From assembly GCF_006345805.1 (NCBI RefSeq), contig NC_043001.1, positions 120,590,001-120,654,000 on the forward strand: a stretch of 64,000 bases of DNA, given 5' to 3'. The DNA comes from Octopus sinensis (Eukaryota). Under the pieces are notes generated by a model. That model was not told where the DNA came from. It worked only from the letters and a program-made list of their open reading frames with translations, and searched no databases. A program made the translations under genes and the position numbers. This document shows, piece by piece, positions 39,815-52,341 of this stretch. Every line of letters begins with the position of its first letter. The stretch's first letter is position 1.

Positions 39815-42522
39815 CTACAGGATCATGCTCAAAATGGTTTCGTCACTAGCACGCACCATCTTTGCAACATTCACCCATCTTTTTTTTAATCTTTCGCGAG
39901 ACAAAACTTCCCTTTCCATTCTCACCTTCCTTTTCAAGTGGTACTTGAAAAAGTTGATGAGCGATTGGCCAGAGAGGTAAGTGTTTGTCTCTAATCCTTT
40001 CGCTCGGGTCCACCACACACATTCTTTCACCATGGCCACCAGTACGATGAAAACTGCCTTGCCTTCCCGGTTGAGGGAAGGGGGCGGAGCAATTGTCAAG
40101 ATAGACTCGGCCGATAGGCGGATTCGTCCCACATGTGACAGCAGCCGTTCGGCATAAGCCCACAGGTCTGAAATGGTTGGACATTGCACGAGTGCGTTCA
40201 GAACGGTTTCGTCGCTCTGACCGCATCTCGGGCAAGTCGGTCCAGTGTGTCTGGAACCGTGTCTGTAGAGCTTATCCCGAACAGGTAATGTTTCTCGATA
40301 GCACTGCCAGGCCAGGAATCTTTGGTGGTTGTTCATAGGTCCCGGCCCGAAAGTTGTCCTGAACAGGCGGGTCAGGTGTTCCTCGTCGACGCCCAGACTC
40401 TGCCCGAGTTCGTCGAAGCACCTCCCCTCCACTAATCCTCTATAGAATGCCTTTGTTGTGATGGAGTCGCACAAGTTCGATCCCGGACGGCAGAGTTGCT
40501 TGAGAGCAACGCGACACTCGCGGTGCCATTCGCCTAGCCTCGGTCTCTGCTTGATCCATGACTGTAGTTCGTCCAAGGAGACGAGCTGCGGGAAAGCGCG
40601 CCGCACAAAAGGCGACCACACCTGTTCACCGTTGTCTATGAAGCGTCGGAGATGTCGCAGTCTCAGCATGCCCAGCCCTCCATTTAGCGGGTGTTGACAG
40701 CAAATGGATCGCCTAACCATCGGAACGTTTCCCTTCCACAAGAAGCGGAAGAGTATCGGTTCCAGTTTGGTGATGGTAGGGTCGGGACAAGGCACGACGG
40801 TCAGACGATACTCGATGACGGATGCGATGTACGCGTTCTCCACCTCCGCCCGACCTTTTAGGGATAGCTTTCTCTCAGCCCATTTCTGGGTGAGAGTAGC
40901 CACCCTAGTCGTTATTTCGCCCCAGTTCTTCTCCATTTGGAGGTCCGGACCGAACCAGTCCCCGAACAATTTAACCGGTCCGTCCGTCCAGCGTCCCACG
41001 ATGGAGACGCTGTTGGACGGCATGGGCCTGCTTCTCCAGGTGCCGAGCCGCAAGCCCACTGACTTTTCCCGGTTAATTTTTGCTCCCGTTACCGCTTCGT
41101 ATTCTTTTAGTGTCTCGCCGACCAGCTCGATGTGCTCGTAGCTCGACACTATGACGGTGACGTCATCCGCGTATGCAGACACGCTCCTCCCGCATCCCAG
41201 CTCTCGTGGGATGCCCCTCAGCGTCGCCAGTTTCCGCAGTAGTGGCTCAAGAGTCAGTACATACAGCAGCGATGAGAGGGGGCATCCCTGACGGACCGAC
41301 GCATGATGTTAAAAGGTCTGGATAGATGACCATTTACGCGAACTACTGAGCGGATGCCGCTGTATAAGGCAGCGATCCAACCGCGGAAAACTGGACCGAA
41401 ACCAGCCGCTTTGAGGACAGCCTCCAAGTAGTGATGGTCTACCCTATCGAAGGCTTTTGATTGATCCAAACGCATCCCTCGTGTTTGATCCAACGCATCC
41501 CTCGTGTTTGGCGTTGAGGTGTTGGTCGAGGGCCAATCTCGCCGCCAGTACGTTTAACGCGATGCCAGTTCTAAGTGCCTCTTGTAAAACCTTAACTAAA
41601 TCTCCCTCTATTCTATTTCGGTCTAATGCTAGGGCTCTACTGTATCTGACTGATTCTGCTTTAATCGCTTTTGGGCATACCACCATCTGTTGTTGATGAT
41701 GGTACCCGTCAAAGCTCTCTTAACTAATGTGCTGATCCGGTCCCTGTAAACCTGTCGTGCTGTAAAAGACGCGTTCAGTTTCCAGTAACCAGGACCCTGC
41801 CTATGTGTCTTATCTAAGTCAAGTGTACAAGTCACAAACTTGTGATCTGTGTAACTGACTATATGAAATTGTGGACAACCTACACTATTTTTATCTATTG
41901 TTCTACAGAATACTCTATCTAAGTATGATCTGGACGACCCGATGCGGTTACTCCATGTCCACATTGGCACATTCGGGTGGTCCAGTCGGTACCTGTCAGA
42001 CAGTTGGAAACGTCTGAGCAGGTCTTTGAGGCATTTGCATCCCCTTCTATTGCTATCTCTGCCCACGTAGTCTAGATGCGTGTCCAGGGTGGCATTCCAA
42101 TCCCCCACTAAAAGTAAAGGACGAGACGTTCCCATGAAAGACTCTAGACGTCGAAAGAAATCTGGTCGGCCTGTTAAGGACGGAGCATAAACTGCTATCA
42201 GTCGAAAAGCACACTCATTGCTGCCATCGACATCCAAAACGACCAGCCTACCCTCCGGGTCTAGGAAATTTGCTCTTACTTTGAGATCCAGACTCTTCCA
42301 GATAAGTACCGCGGTGCCACCTCCGCCCATTCTCGGTAGACACGGAGAAAAATAAATGTTGAAATGTGTACCGAAACTGTGCTGGAGTGCCCGCAAGCTG
42401 TGGAGTCTGGTCTCACTGATGGCTATGATATTCAGATTTAGTGACTTGATGTCATTTAACAGGTAGCCTTGTTTCCAAGGCGACCCCAAGTCACGTACAT
42501 TTATACTACCTATTCTGAGCAT
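39815..42522 (-). pseudogene. LINE ORF2 (APE endonuclease plus RT), frameshifted and with an internal deletion
   Basis: MLRIGSINVR...ISETR...VGDWN...TDHK...GPGYWKLN, LDQSKAFDRVDH, QGCPLS, YADD and CPRC..ETVL(N)ALVQC. The last 455 codons are open. Confidence 0.93.
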
Positions 42523-42590
42523 GTTCCGATAAAATTGTGTTTTACACACGAAAAGAAAGTGCAAAAAAGGAAAGAGAGAGAGAGAAAAGG

Positions 42591-44670
42591 TTACTTGTTG
42601 TTCGAAAGTCCTTTGTTTTTCACCTCACAGTCTTCTTCCATGAGGCTTTTGTATAGTTTCTTTGATGAGTACTTTTGAAATCTCCCTACTGCATCAGGGT
42701 AAAGAGATTTCAGGGTACTGTATGTGTTCTGTGTTACGTGTATTATTTTAATGTGTTGTGGTGGTGTTGTGCGTGGGTGGTTACTTGTTTTTATGTCGTT
42801 TTCAGTTATGTTGGTGTTTGACCTAATGTGTTCCATTAGGTCGTGGTTGTTTGTGTTTATGGCTGTCAACATTGTTGGGGGGGTTGATGATGGTGTGTTT
42901 GTGTTGATGTGTTTGTTTTCTGTGGATGTTTTTGTTTCGGGAGTGGTGTATCTTCCTGCTTTGTTTGTTATCTTTTCTTTTCCTTTTTCCCCCTTTTCTT
43001 CTCCCCCCTGTGGCTATTTGCCAATCTTCTGTGTCTTCTTCGTCTAATGACAAATCAGAAGAATCAGAGCTTGGAAGAGGGAAAATATTGGGGTCTATTG
43101 TAGACTGTGTTGATTTTGTTGTTGGTGTTGATTGGTGAGCGTTAGGTTGTGGTGTATGCGGTTTTGGAGGTGGGGTGTGGGTATTTTGTGTTTGAGTGAT
43201 TGTAGGTATTGTTGTGTTGTTTGGGGTGTCAATTTTGTGGGGATTTGGAGTAGTAATTGTTTCTTCATTTTCGATGAGTGTTTTGGCAGATGTCCTTGGT
43301 TTGGGAGTTGGTTTATTCTTGGTTGTTGTTGTGGTGGTTGCTTCTGTTCTTGGTGCAGTTGGTGTGGTTGTTTGGTGGTGAGGTTTGTTTTTTGTTGGTT
43401 TTTCTGTGATTAGTCCTGTTCGTGCAAAACGTGGTGTGGGGGTAAAGCTGGTTTATTTGTTTTTTCCGGCTGCTGTTGTTGTTGCTGTTGTTTTCTTGCG
43501 GCAGATTTGCAGTCTTTTTTTAGGTGTTGCTCACTGCCGCATATGTAGCAACGTGGTCTTCTGCCATCGACGACCACATACAACTTGTGGTCTTCTGATA
43601 CACATATCTGGGTGGGTATTTTCTTTATGTCCTCTTGGTTTATATGTAGTAGAAATTCTACTTTTTTTCCCAAACAGTTTTTGTGCTCCGTGACCGTGGT
43701 TTCTAAAATTGTGAAATCTTTCATTTTCACACATAAGGCCTTTACTAGCCAGAGATGTTAGCTATTTTTGGGACATGTTTTTAAGTGATCTTAGTCACTT
43801 TCTGTCCACGATAGCTTGGTGTTAGTTGAAGTTCATCTGAATGAAGAGTTAGCGTTGAGAAACGTCTTGCTAACTCTTGAGTGTGGAAGACCACTTGTAT
43901 GTGTGCGAACTTGTTCCACCAGGTCACATACTCTTTGTAGTTCCAGATGGGTTTCAAGCATTTTTCTATTTTGCTTGTGTTAGCCTTCTCTGGACTTTTT
44001 GTTTTCTTATTAATTATTTTATAAATAATTGTTCTTTTTTTTCATCTTCTAATATTTTTCTGGTATGTTATTTTTACTATACCATCTACTTCCGTTATTG
44101 TAATGTTCGTGTCTTTTATTTGTTGTGCAGTAAAATATACTGTTGTCTTTTTTTCTTTAATCGCCTCGGCGAAATTGTTGTTGTTTTGTTATTGTTGTTG
44201 CTGGTGGTGATGTTGTTGTTGGCTGCAGTTGGTAATTTGGTGTATTGGTTTGATGTGCAAGTAGGAAGGGGTGGAAAATTACTTGCATAATTTATCTCTG
44301 TATTCGAGCAGCTTTTGTCAATTTGTTTGGTGGTCACAGTCTTTTGTTTATTCCCTTCAGTTCTTGTTGTTGGAGTAAAAACAGGTCTGAACGGAATTGT
44401 TGTTGTTGTTATTGTTGTTTTTGTTGTTGGTGGTGGTGTCAGTGGCAGAAGAGACAGCCGTGGCAGCAGATGTCGAAATGGTGGCGCAATTTTTATTTTT
44501 GTTGTCATTGTTATTGTTGTTGTTGTTGGTAGTTGAGGTAGTGGATGAGGTGGCGGCGGTGATGGTGGTGGTGGTGAAGGCGGTGGTGGTAACAGTAGTA
44601 GTCTCTATGTTGTTCTTGCTAGGGGTGGTGTGGTGACAGGGCTGTTACTACAAGTGGTTGCAGCGTTCAT
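42591..44670 (-). pseudogene. LINE ORF1, low-complexity T/N/P/Q-rich ends around a core with a CCHC knuckle; multiple frameshifts
   Basis: DGRRPRCYICGSEQHLKKDC-KQQQQQQQ (43410-43730), PSYRGQK core and A/C-rich codon runs. Boundaries approximate. Confidence 0.8.
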
Positions 44671-44993
44671 TGCAAAGTCATTGATGATTTTACTTTGCGC
44701 GCATAATTCTTTTTTTCTCCTAGCGTTTCCAGACTAGGAGAAAGCTGGTCGATAAAGGAACGCGACCATCGTTCTACAATACAATTTCTCGACATTTTGA
44801 AAATGTCGAGAAAGAAATTACAAAAATTAAATAGGGTTGAAACTGCCCCTAGGGGCGAATTCCTCCCTTGGAAAAGCACTCAAACGAAAGTTGGGTGCCT
44901 TACACACCCTATTTACAAAAATGTACACAAAATATGGGCTATAAATAGTCAAAATAAACGATTACCTTCGGAGCCGAAGTGACAGCACGTCCA

Positions 44994-45000
44994 TAGACAG

Positions 45001-45097
<97 letters not shown>
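44994..45097. repeat. (GATA)n at 5' flank of copy 3
   Basis: Direct reading. Confidence 0.97.
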
Positions 45098-45098
<1 letters not shown>

Positions 45099-45386
45099 AC
45101 AAATAAAGCGGTATGTGTGTATACATATAAATGTGACACACACATACATTTGTGTGTATTTTATTTCAGGATTTTTGCCAATAGAGAAAAAACCGGTTTC
45201 TAACCTACATCCAAAGCTTCTTCATTGGAATTTCACCATCAACAACTGAGTATTTTTGTATGCATGTAAGTATATGTGCAGATTTGTACGTTTAGTTTTT
45301 ATGTCTGTCTTTCTGTATGTATGCATGCATATACAAGGGAAGTTGCATGTATATTTGCGTGTATATATATGTGTATATTACATATG

Positions 45387-45690
45387 GGAGGCACATAGCC
45401 TAGTGGTTAGAACAGCGGACTCGCGGTCGAGGGATCGCGGGTTCGACTCTCAGACCGGGTGAAGTGTATGTTTATGAGCGAAACACCTAAGCTCCACGCG
45501 GCTCCGGCAGAAGGTAATGGCGAACTTCTGCTGACTCTTTCGCCACAAATTTCTCTCACTCTTTCCTCTTGCATCTTGCAGCTCACCTGCGACGGACCAG
45601 CGTCCCGTCCAGGTGAGGAACCTATACGCCAAGGAAACCGGGAAACCGGCCCTTATGAGCCAGGATTTGCTCGAGAAGGAACAAACAATA
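45387..45690 (+). mobile_element. tRNA-derived SINE (third family), apparently full length
   Basis: A box TAGCCTAGTGG, B box GGTTCGACTC. The 3' part ggaaaccgggaaaccggccc is shared with 6270-6365 and 60600-60680. Confidence 0.85.
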
Positions 45691-46211
45691 TTACATATGA
45701 AGATAGATAGATATGTGTGTGTGCATGTATATATGCATGTATCTATGCATTAAGTATATCTATATGTATATGTGTATTTATACACACACACCAGTATTTT
45801 CTTATTTGCTGTTTAGGAAGGGACAGTTCCCATGTCAGGACGCGCTCACAGGAAGACTCAAACAGCATCTAAGAGGCTGACATTCTGTTACATTGCATAA
45901 AATACCCATTTGTCTCTCTCCCCTCTCTCTCTCTCTCTATATTATATATATTATATATATATATATATATATACACACACATACATATCTTATCTCTTTC
46001 TCACTCTCTCTCTCTCTCTCTCCAGTCTTTTCTTCACACTCTCTCCTGTCTATCTCCCTATCTCTTTCTCAGTTTAATCACATATACACACTCACAAACA
46101 GGTGTGTGTGTGTGTGCGTGTGTGTGTGTGTGCGTACGTGCGTGTGTGGGGGGTGGGTGTTTACAAGGAAAAGAGGCTGACAGTTACTTCGAAGGTTCGG
46201 CTACACAGCTT

Positions 46212-46626
46212 GGATCTTTTCGGTTTGAACGGCAGTTTTTAACATAATTTCTAGGTAACTAAAAAATTTTTAACTTCGTATACTGGTAGAATGTGTTTAT
46301 AAAACATCTTTTTCTCTTGGCTTTATTGAGAAAATTCTATAGTTTATAAGATATTTGTTGTTTTTTCTTCAATTTCTGCAATTTCAACCAATCAGTGACG
46401 TCTATTGAGGTGGAAACATTGTGTGCCGTATGAATATGTCCCTCGTTTAAGAAACAGATTGGGTTTATTTACATTTGTGAAAAAAAAAACGATACCCTTC
46501 CCCCCACCACTAACCCTAACCCTAAAACAGATTGAAATGCAATAGATCGATACTAGGGTCATAATTATGGGTGACAATTTCATATGACACCGCTAGAAAA
46601 AACTGCCGTTCAAACCGAAAGGAACC
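46212..46626. mobile_element. MITE with ~28-bp TIRs and an 8-bp TSD (Merlin-like GG...CC termini)
   Basis: ggatcttttcggtttgaacggcagttttt and aaaaaactgccgttcaaaccgaaaggaacc. cacagctt at 46204-46211 and 46627-46634. Confidence 0.88.
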
Positions 46627-47052
46627 CACAGCTTTCATCATGCAGACAGATGAATGCTATGAAGTCGAAATTTCGAAGTGACTATTAATCTTTTACTTGT
46701 AAAAATTAAAATACGTTACTCCATTGAAATGAGCAATTTAATCTTCCACTAATTTGATTTATATTATACGCAGCCACAGACATATAAATCTTTGCTTTTG
46801 TGTAGAATTATAAATCAAAACAGCAGAACATTGCATTGCACAACACATTTCAATAAACTAACGTATTTTACTTGTAAAAGTAAACTGTTAATTGTTTCTT
46901 CGACGTTTCGACTATATCGCTGTTCGGCCAAAAAAAAAATAATAAATAAAAAACGATAGAATAAGTACCAGAGTTTTTAAAAAATGTATTAGGGTCGATA
47001 TATTTCCTTGAAAATTCTTCAGCAATCTAATGACTGAAACAAGTGAATGACA

Positions 47053-47054
<2 letters not shown>

Positions 47055-47147
<93 letters not shown>
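47055..47147. repeat. (GATA)n at 3' flank of copy 4
   Basis: Direct reading. Confidence 0.97.
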
Positions 47148-47564
47148 TGTTTCTTTATTAGCCACACAGGGCTGGACACAGACGGGACAAATTATAAAGT
47201 AGAGCTTTTCTTTTTGGAGAGAGAAAAAAAGTGGGGTAGGTTTTCGATCAAAAGGGATCGTAGGAAGGAAAAAAGAAAAAAAACGATCAATAGGAACTGT
47301 GTATCACAGAAATGTCATGATGCAAAGTGTAAAGGGGGAAGCAGATAAGGTTTATCCATGGAAAGAAAAGCCTACGGAAAAGACCACGGTAAGCTCGGTC
47401 ATTAATGTCCCATGTTAACACATTTATTTGCAAGTAAGTAACTCTCTGTTTTAAATTTTTCCGGGTTCATAGGATTATGCTCAAGACGGCTTCGTCATTC
47501 ATACGTGCCATCCTTGCTACATTCACCCATCTTTTTTGAAACATTCTCTAGACAAAACTTGCCT
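47148..47564 (-). mobile_element. GATA-family Tx1, 5'-truncated copy 4
   Basis: Same 3' end. Followed by (GATA)n at 47565-47645. Confidence 0.92.
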
Positions 47565-47567
47565 AGG

Positions 47568-47645
<78 letters not shown>

Positions 47646-48865
47646 TGTTTCTTTATTAGCCACACAGGGCTGCACACAGATAGAACAAATTACAAGGTAG
47701 AGCTTTTCTTTTGAAGGTTTAAAAAAAAAAAAAAAAAAAAAATGGGAAAGGGGAGTTTCGATCAAAAGGGATCGTAAAAGGAGAGAAAGAGGACAAAAAA
47801 AAAGGGGGGGGTTAAAAAAAAAAAAAAGGGGGGGGGGAGAGGAAAAAAAAATTGATCAATAGGGATCGTTATCACAGAAATGTCAATATGAAGTGTAAAG
47901 GGGAGGACAGGTGAGGTTTACCCGTGGAAAGAAAAGCCTGCGGAAAAGACCACGGTTACCTCGGTCAATGAAGTCACATTTTATATTTCTTTTTTTTTTT
48001 TTTTTTTGCAAATAAGCAACTCTCTGTTTTCGATTTCTGGGTTCATAGGACTATGCTCAAGGTGGCTTCGTCATTCATACGTGCCATTCTTGCTACATTC
48101 ACCCATCTTTTTTTAAAACATTCGCTAGACAAAACTTGCCTCTCTACTCTCACTTTCCTTTTCAAGTGGTACTTGAGAAGTTGATGAGAGATTGACCAGA
48201 GAGGAAGTGTTTGTCTCCAATCCTTTCAGACGCGTTCCACCAGATACATTCTTTCGCCATAGCCACAAGGATGATGAAAATAGCTCTTCCTTCCCGTTTG
48301 AAGGAAGGAGGCGTGACAATATTGACGATAGACTCAGCTGATAAACCGACTCGTCCCACACGTGACAGCAGTTGTTCGACATAAGCCCACAGGTCGGAAA
48401 TGTTGTTGGACACTGAACGAGTGCGTGCAGAACGGTTTCGTCGCTCTGACCGCATCTCGGGCAGGTCGGCCCCGTGTTTCTCGAGCCGTGTCTGTAGAGC
48501 TTATCCCGAACGGGTAGCGCTTCTCGGTAGCACTGCCAGGCCAGGGATCTCTGGAAGTTGTCCATGGCCCTGGCCCGAAAGTCGTCCCGAACAGGCGGGT
48601 CAGGTACTCCTCGTCGACGTCCAGTTTCGCCCGAGCTCGTCGTCGTACCTCCCCTCCACTAAACCCCTATAGAATGCTTTGGTTGTGTTGAAGTCACTTA
48701 AGGTCGACCCAGGACGGCAGAGTTGCTTGAGAGCAACGCGACACTCGCGGTGCCATTCGCCCTTCCTCGGCCTCTTTTTGATCCACGACTGCAGTTCGGT
48801 CATGGAGACGAGCTGCGGGAAAGCGTGCCTCACAAACGGCGACCACACCTGTTCACCTGTTCACC
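47646..48865 (-). mobile_element. GATA-family Tx1, 5'-truncated copy 5
   Basis: WSPFVRHAFPQL..., SLAWQCYREALPVRDKL and CPRCGQSDETVLHALVQC. An 8-bp duplication cctgttca sits at the 5' junction, followed by (GATA)n from 48866. Confidence 0.93.
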
Positions 48866-48919
<54 letters not shown>

Positions 48920-48988
48920 CAGCCAGACGGAAGGACGGACGGACGGACGGACGGACGGACGGACGGATGAATGGATGGATGGATGGAT
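48866..48988. repeat. Compound tetranucleotide array GATA-GACA-GGAC-GGAT
   Basis: Direct reading. Confidence 0.95.
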
Positions 48989-48995
48989 CATACAT

Positions 48996-50015
48996 GCAAC
49001 CGAAAACTTCCACAGAAACAGTGACGTTGACTCTACCCAAGAAGAAATGAAGATGGTAGAGGCCTGAGATATGGCCCCAAAACAGCTGGGCTCTCTTACT
49101 TCAGAGAAGACGTGGATGGAAAGCACTCAGCATGCAAGAAAAGACCATGCATGAGTATATTGCCCGGAAGCTTGAAGAAGACAGTAGAATTGACTCGAAG
49201 CGCAGCCTCTCTTGGACATCACTACATCACATTACACTTTGAAGGCTATGCGTTTGCAATCCAGACATAGGAGATTGCCACAAAGTACCTGGTGAACAAG
49301 AGAGACGGTGATGCTCTTGTAATCCCAAGCTGCAACCGCATGTGTAGGCCATGTCATGTTTCTGTGGAAGACATTACGCATGTGATTAGCAGCTGTCCTA
49401 AAATGTCATCACGGTACTACCTCCCTATTCAGCACGATGTTGTTGCTAAAACAATTTACAATGCCATTCGCAAAAAAGACTGTCCTGAAATAAACTTAGA
49501 AAATTCCTCTGATATGGAACACATTCATAAACACCAACTCAAGGAATACTGGTGGAATATCCTCATCAGAACTTCTGTCAAATGTAAGGATCACAGGCTG
49601 GATATTGTTGTTTGGGACAGAGAGGCAAAGATATGTACCATCATAGGGGTTAGCTGCCCTGTAGGTATAAATATCTCTTTGAAAAGTAAAAGAGGATATC
49701 TATGGACAACTACTTCGAAACCTCCAGCTTCTATATCCAGACTATGAATCTATATTCATACCAATAATAATTGGAGCACTATGTAGTAAATGCTTAAAGG
49801 AGAATCTGGATAAACTGGGATTTTCAGAAAGAGAAATTGACTGGCTGATTCGTACATTACAAGTCCAATCTGTGAGTGAAACAGGAAAAATATTCAAGAC
49901 GTTCCAAATGTGAATTTGTGTGTTAACTACATCCCAAAGATGGAGCGTTGTATCTTTGTTGGAAACCGGTTCCCTCCTCAGTGGAATAGTTATAATAATT
50001 AAAAGATAGAAGAGA
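48996..50015 (+). mobile_element. R4/Dong-like RLE non-LTR retrotransposon, 5'-truncated
   Basis: KTMHEY...SLSW, EGYAFAIQ..EIATKYL, C-x2-C..EDITHVISSC...HDVV, RLDIVVWD...IIGVSCP and PIIIGAL across frames. (CATA)n follows at 50016. Confidence 0.82.
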
Positions 50016-50074
50016 CATACATACATACATACATACATACATACATACATACATACATACATACATACATACAT
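50016..50074. repeat. (CATA)n at the 3' end of the R4-like element
   Basis: Direct reading. Confidence 0.97.
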
Positions 50075-50807
50075 AAGTCATACATACATGAACTCATTTT
50101 TAAGAGGGATTTTTTTTTCTAATCTACGATTGACTAATAAATATTTTTAAAGTTTTAATAAAAGAATATGCTGTCCAAATATATTAGTGAACAGAAAAAG
50201 TAAAACAAAAAAGCTGAGAGCCCAGTCACAAGCGAACCTAGAGTTCTCTCTTCTTTTTTTTTTTTTTTTGACATCTCAGTTTAATTAAAGATATTTCATA
50301 ATTCCTCTTATGGTATTCCGATCCACGTTTGTCTTTTATACTCATACAACCAGCTTGAAAAAAGGGTTTTTAAACGCTGCTGATGCATAATTTTCGTATA
50401 CAACATTTGATGTTATTAGGCCTAATACAGATGAAATCGAAATTTATTTATTTATTTATTTTATTATTCAAGTCTTTTTTTCCGACACAAAAAGTAGCAA
50501 AGCTGAACTATTTCATTTGATTCACTGTTAAAAAAACCTAAATCTAGTATTTGTGTTGTCTATTGTCTCAAGAATTCAGTTGTTATGAGTTACGTATATA
50601 GCATGATGCGTAGGCTGTGATTGAAAAATGTCTGTCCATATATATGTATATATATATATAGTATTATAAAGGTAATTTCTACCAAATTTTACAGTATTCT
50701 AATGGTATTGGCTGATATTCATGTGAATTTGGAACGCTTTAACTTAATCTAATTTCGTTTTACAGAATGATGTGACTAAACTAATTACTAATATTAACCC
50801 CTCAAAG

Positions 50808-51260
50808 ATGGACATATCAAAAGAGCATTAAAGGCACATAATGCTTTATGAGTTCAAAAATGGAAATAGTGCGGCAGAAGCAACCCGAAATATTTATTCT
50901 GTTTATGGAGGAGACTGCTTGAACAAAAGAAGTTGCAGAAGATGGTTTGCAAAGTTCAAAAGTGGTGATTTCAACCTAAGTGAGAGACCGTCAATAGGAC
51001 GGTCTGTTGAATTATTTCACGATGTGCTTTTTTTGTCAGAGCTAGAGAAGAATAATGCTGTATCAGTTGAAGAATTGGCAAGCAAGCTCATTTCAAGCCA
51101 TTCAACTGTTCACCGCCATTTTCAACAGCTTGGAAAGTTGCCCTTAGTCGGGAAACGTGTTCCCCATGATTTGACAGAAACCAACCGAAAATCACGAGTG
51201 AACATTTTCTCATTTCTTCACTCACGTGAATGTATCTCATCATTTTTGGGCGGTACAAGG
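50808..51260 (+). mobile_element. Mariner transposase N-terminal remnant
   Basis: MDISKEH*RHIMLYEFKNG...RWFAKFKSG...KRVPHDL. Confidence 0.85.
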
Positions 51261-51699
51261 ACGGGATGCCGAATGCACTTTTGTCGAAGGACAAGAAGCC
51301 GAAGCCAAGAAGCCGAACGGACACGATACCGAACTGACAAGAGGCCGAAAGGACATACGAAAAATAAAATATATGATAATCATTTTATTCCTATATGATC
51401 ATTTGACAGGCTAAAAAGTAGAAAAAATAGATACATAAAATCTCTTTTTAAATAAGTTTTTTTACTGGATTTACAATGTAAGCATGCAAAAATAATGTGA
51501 TCATATGTTTATCTTAAAATTATTACAATTGACATATTAAAATGTACAAGACAAAAACAAATAAGAGTATTTAAAAATTGTGGACCAAAGATCGTAGAAA
51601 CGCCAATCCTTCTTCTTTATTATAAGAACCACAAGTGGTTTTTATCCTTTCATTAATGGTATCATATTTTTTTTAGGTCATGATATATCAATCCCAGCT

Positions 51700-52140
51700 C
51701 AGTTACAATTCCATTGGATGCCTGCTCATTTCTAATAACTTTTAGTAGTTTGGTGATTGTGAGATGAGTTACGTAAAGTGTTTTTTTTTTAAGTGTGATG
51801 CCAGCCTTCGAGAGAATTGTGGACAGACCACAAATCAACATCAAACATTAGTTTCCTTCCACACCTTCTTTGGACTATTCCTAACCAAGTACTTTCAAAG
51901 TAAATAAGATAATCACTTAATAACTCATCAGTTTCGGCATCTAAGAAATTCACCAATTCGTAAAATATCTGATGCATATCTGCGGATGGGACAAAAGCAA
52001 GTGCTTGTAACTGCTTGGTGTTAAGGGCGCTACTGGTTTCAACAAACCAGGGTTGCACAAAACTGGATGTTGCGCCATAAATATTGCCCAAAATGAAAAA
52101 AGCATCCCAATGTTGATGTATTAGAAAAGTTCTTAATGCT
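51700..52140 (-). mobile_element. Mutator-like (MULE) transposase remnant
   Basis: LGCFFHFGQYLWRNIQ (52110-52063), LAFVP, YFESTWLG and NSLEGWH. Confidence 0.8.
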
Positions 52141-52341
52141 ATTTATTGTTGCTCGTTTGAAGACGATTGTTACTGAATCCGGATTCTGAACACCTTTGCT
52201 TTTCAAAAAGGCAAAAATTTCGTTATACGTTTTCTGTCTTTGTTACTATTTTAATTTAGTGCGTGTAACTGTAATATATCCTTTATAGTGAAATCTAACC
52301 GTTAAGTTATATATTTACTAGTTTCAATAACTGGGCAGCAA

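Larger units (their letters stand above)
39515..44993 (-). mobile_element. GATA-family Tx1, near full-length copy 3 (5'UTR-ORF1-ORF2-3'UTR)
   Basis: ORF1 with CCHC, ORF2 with APE, RT and C-terminal cysteine motif, and an AATAAAAGAAA end. (GATA)n at both ends. Confidence 0.93.

Noticed and set aside
45387-45460. tRNA-like sequence
   Set aside because: SINE head: A and B boxes are present but there is no proper acceptor stem and it continues into a SINE body.
46511-46525. Interstitial telomere
   Set aside because: Only 2.5 units and inside a MITE.
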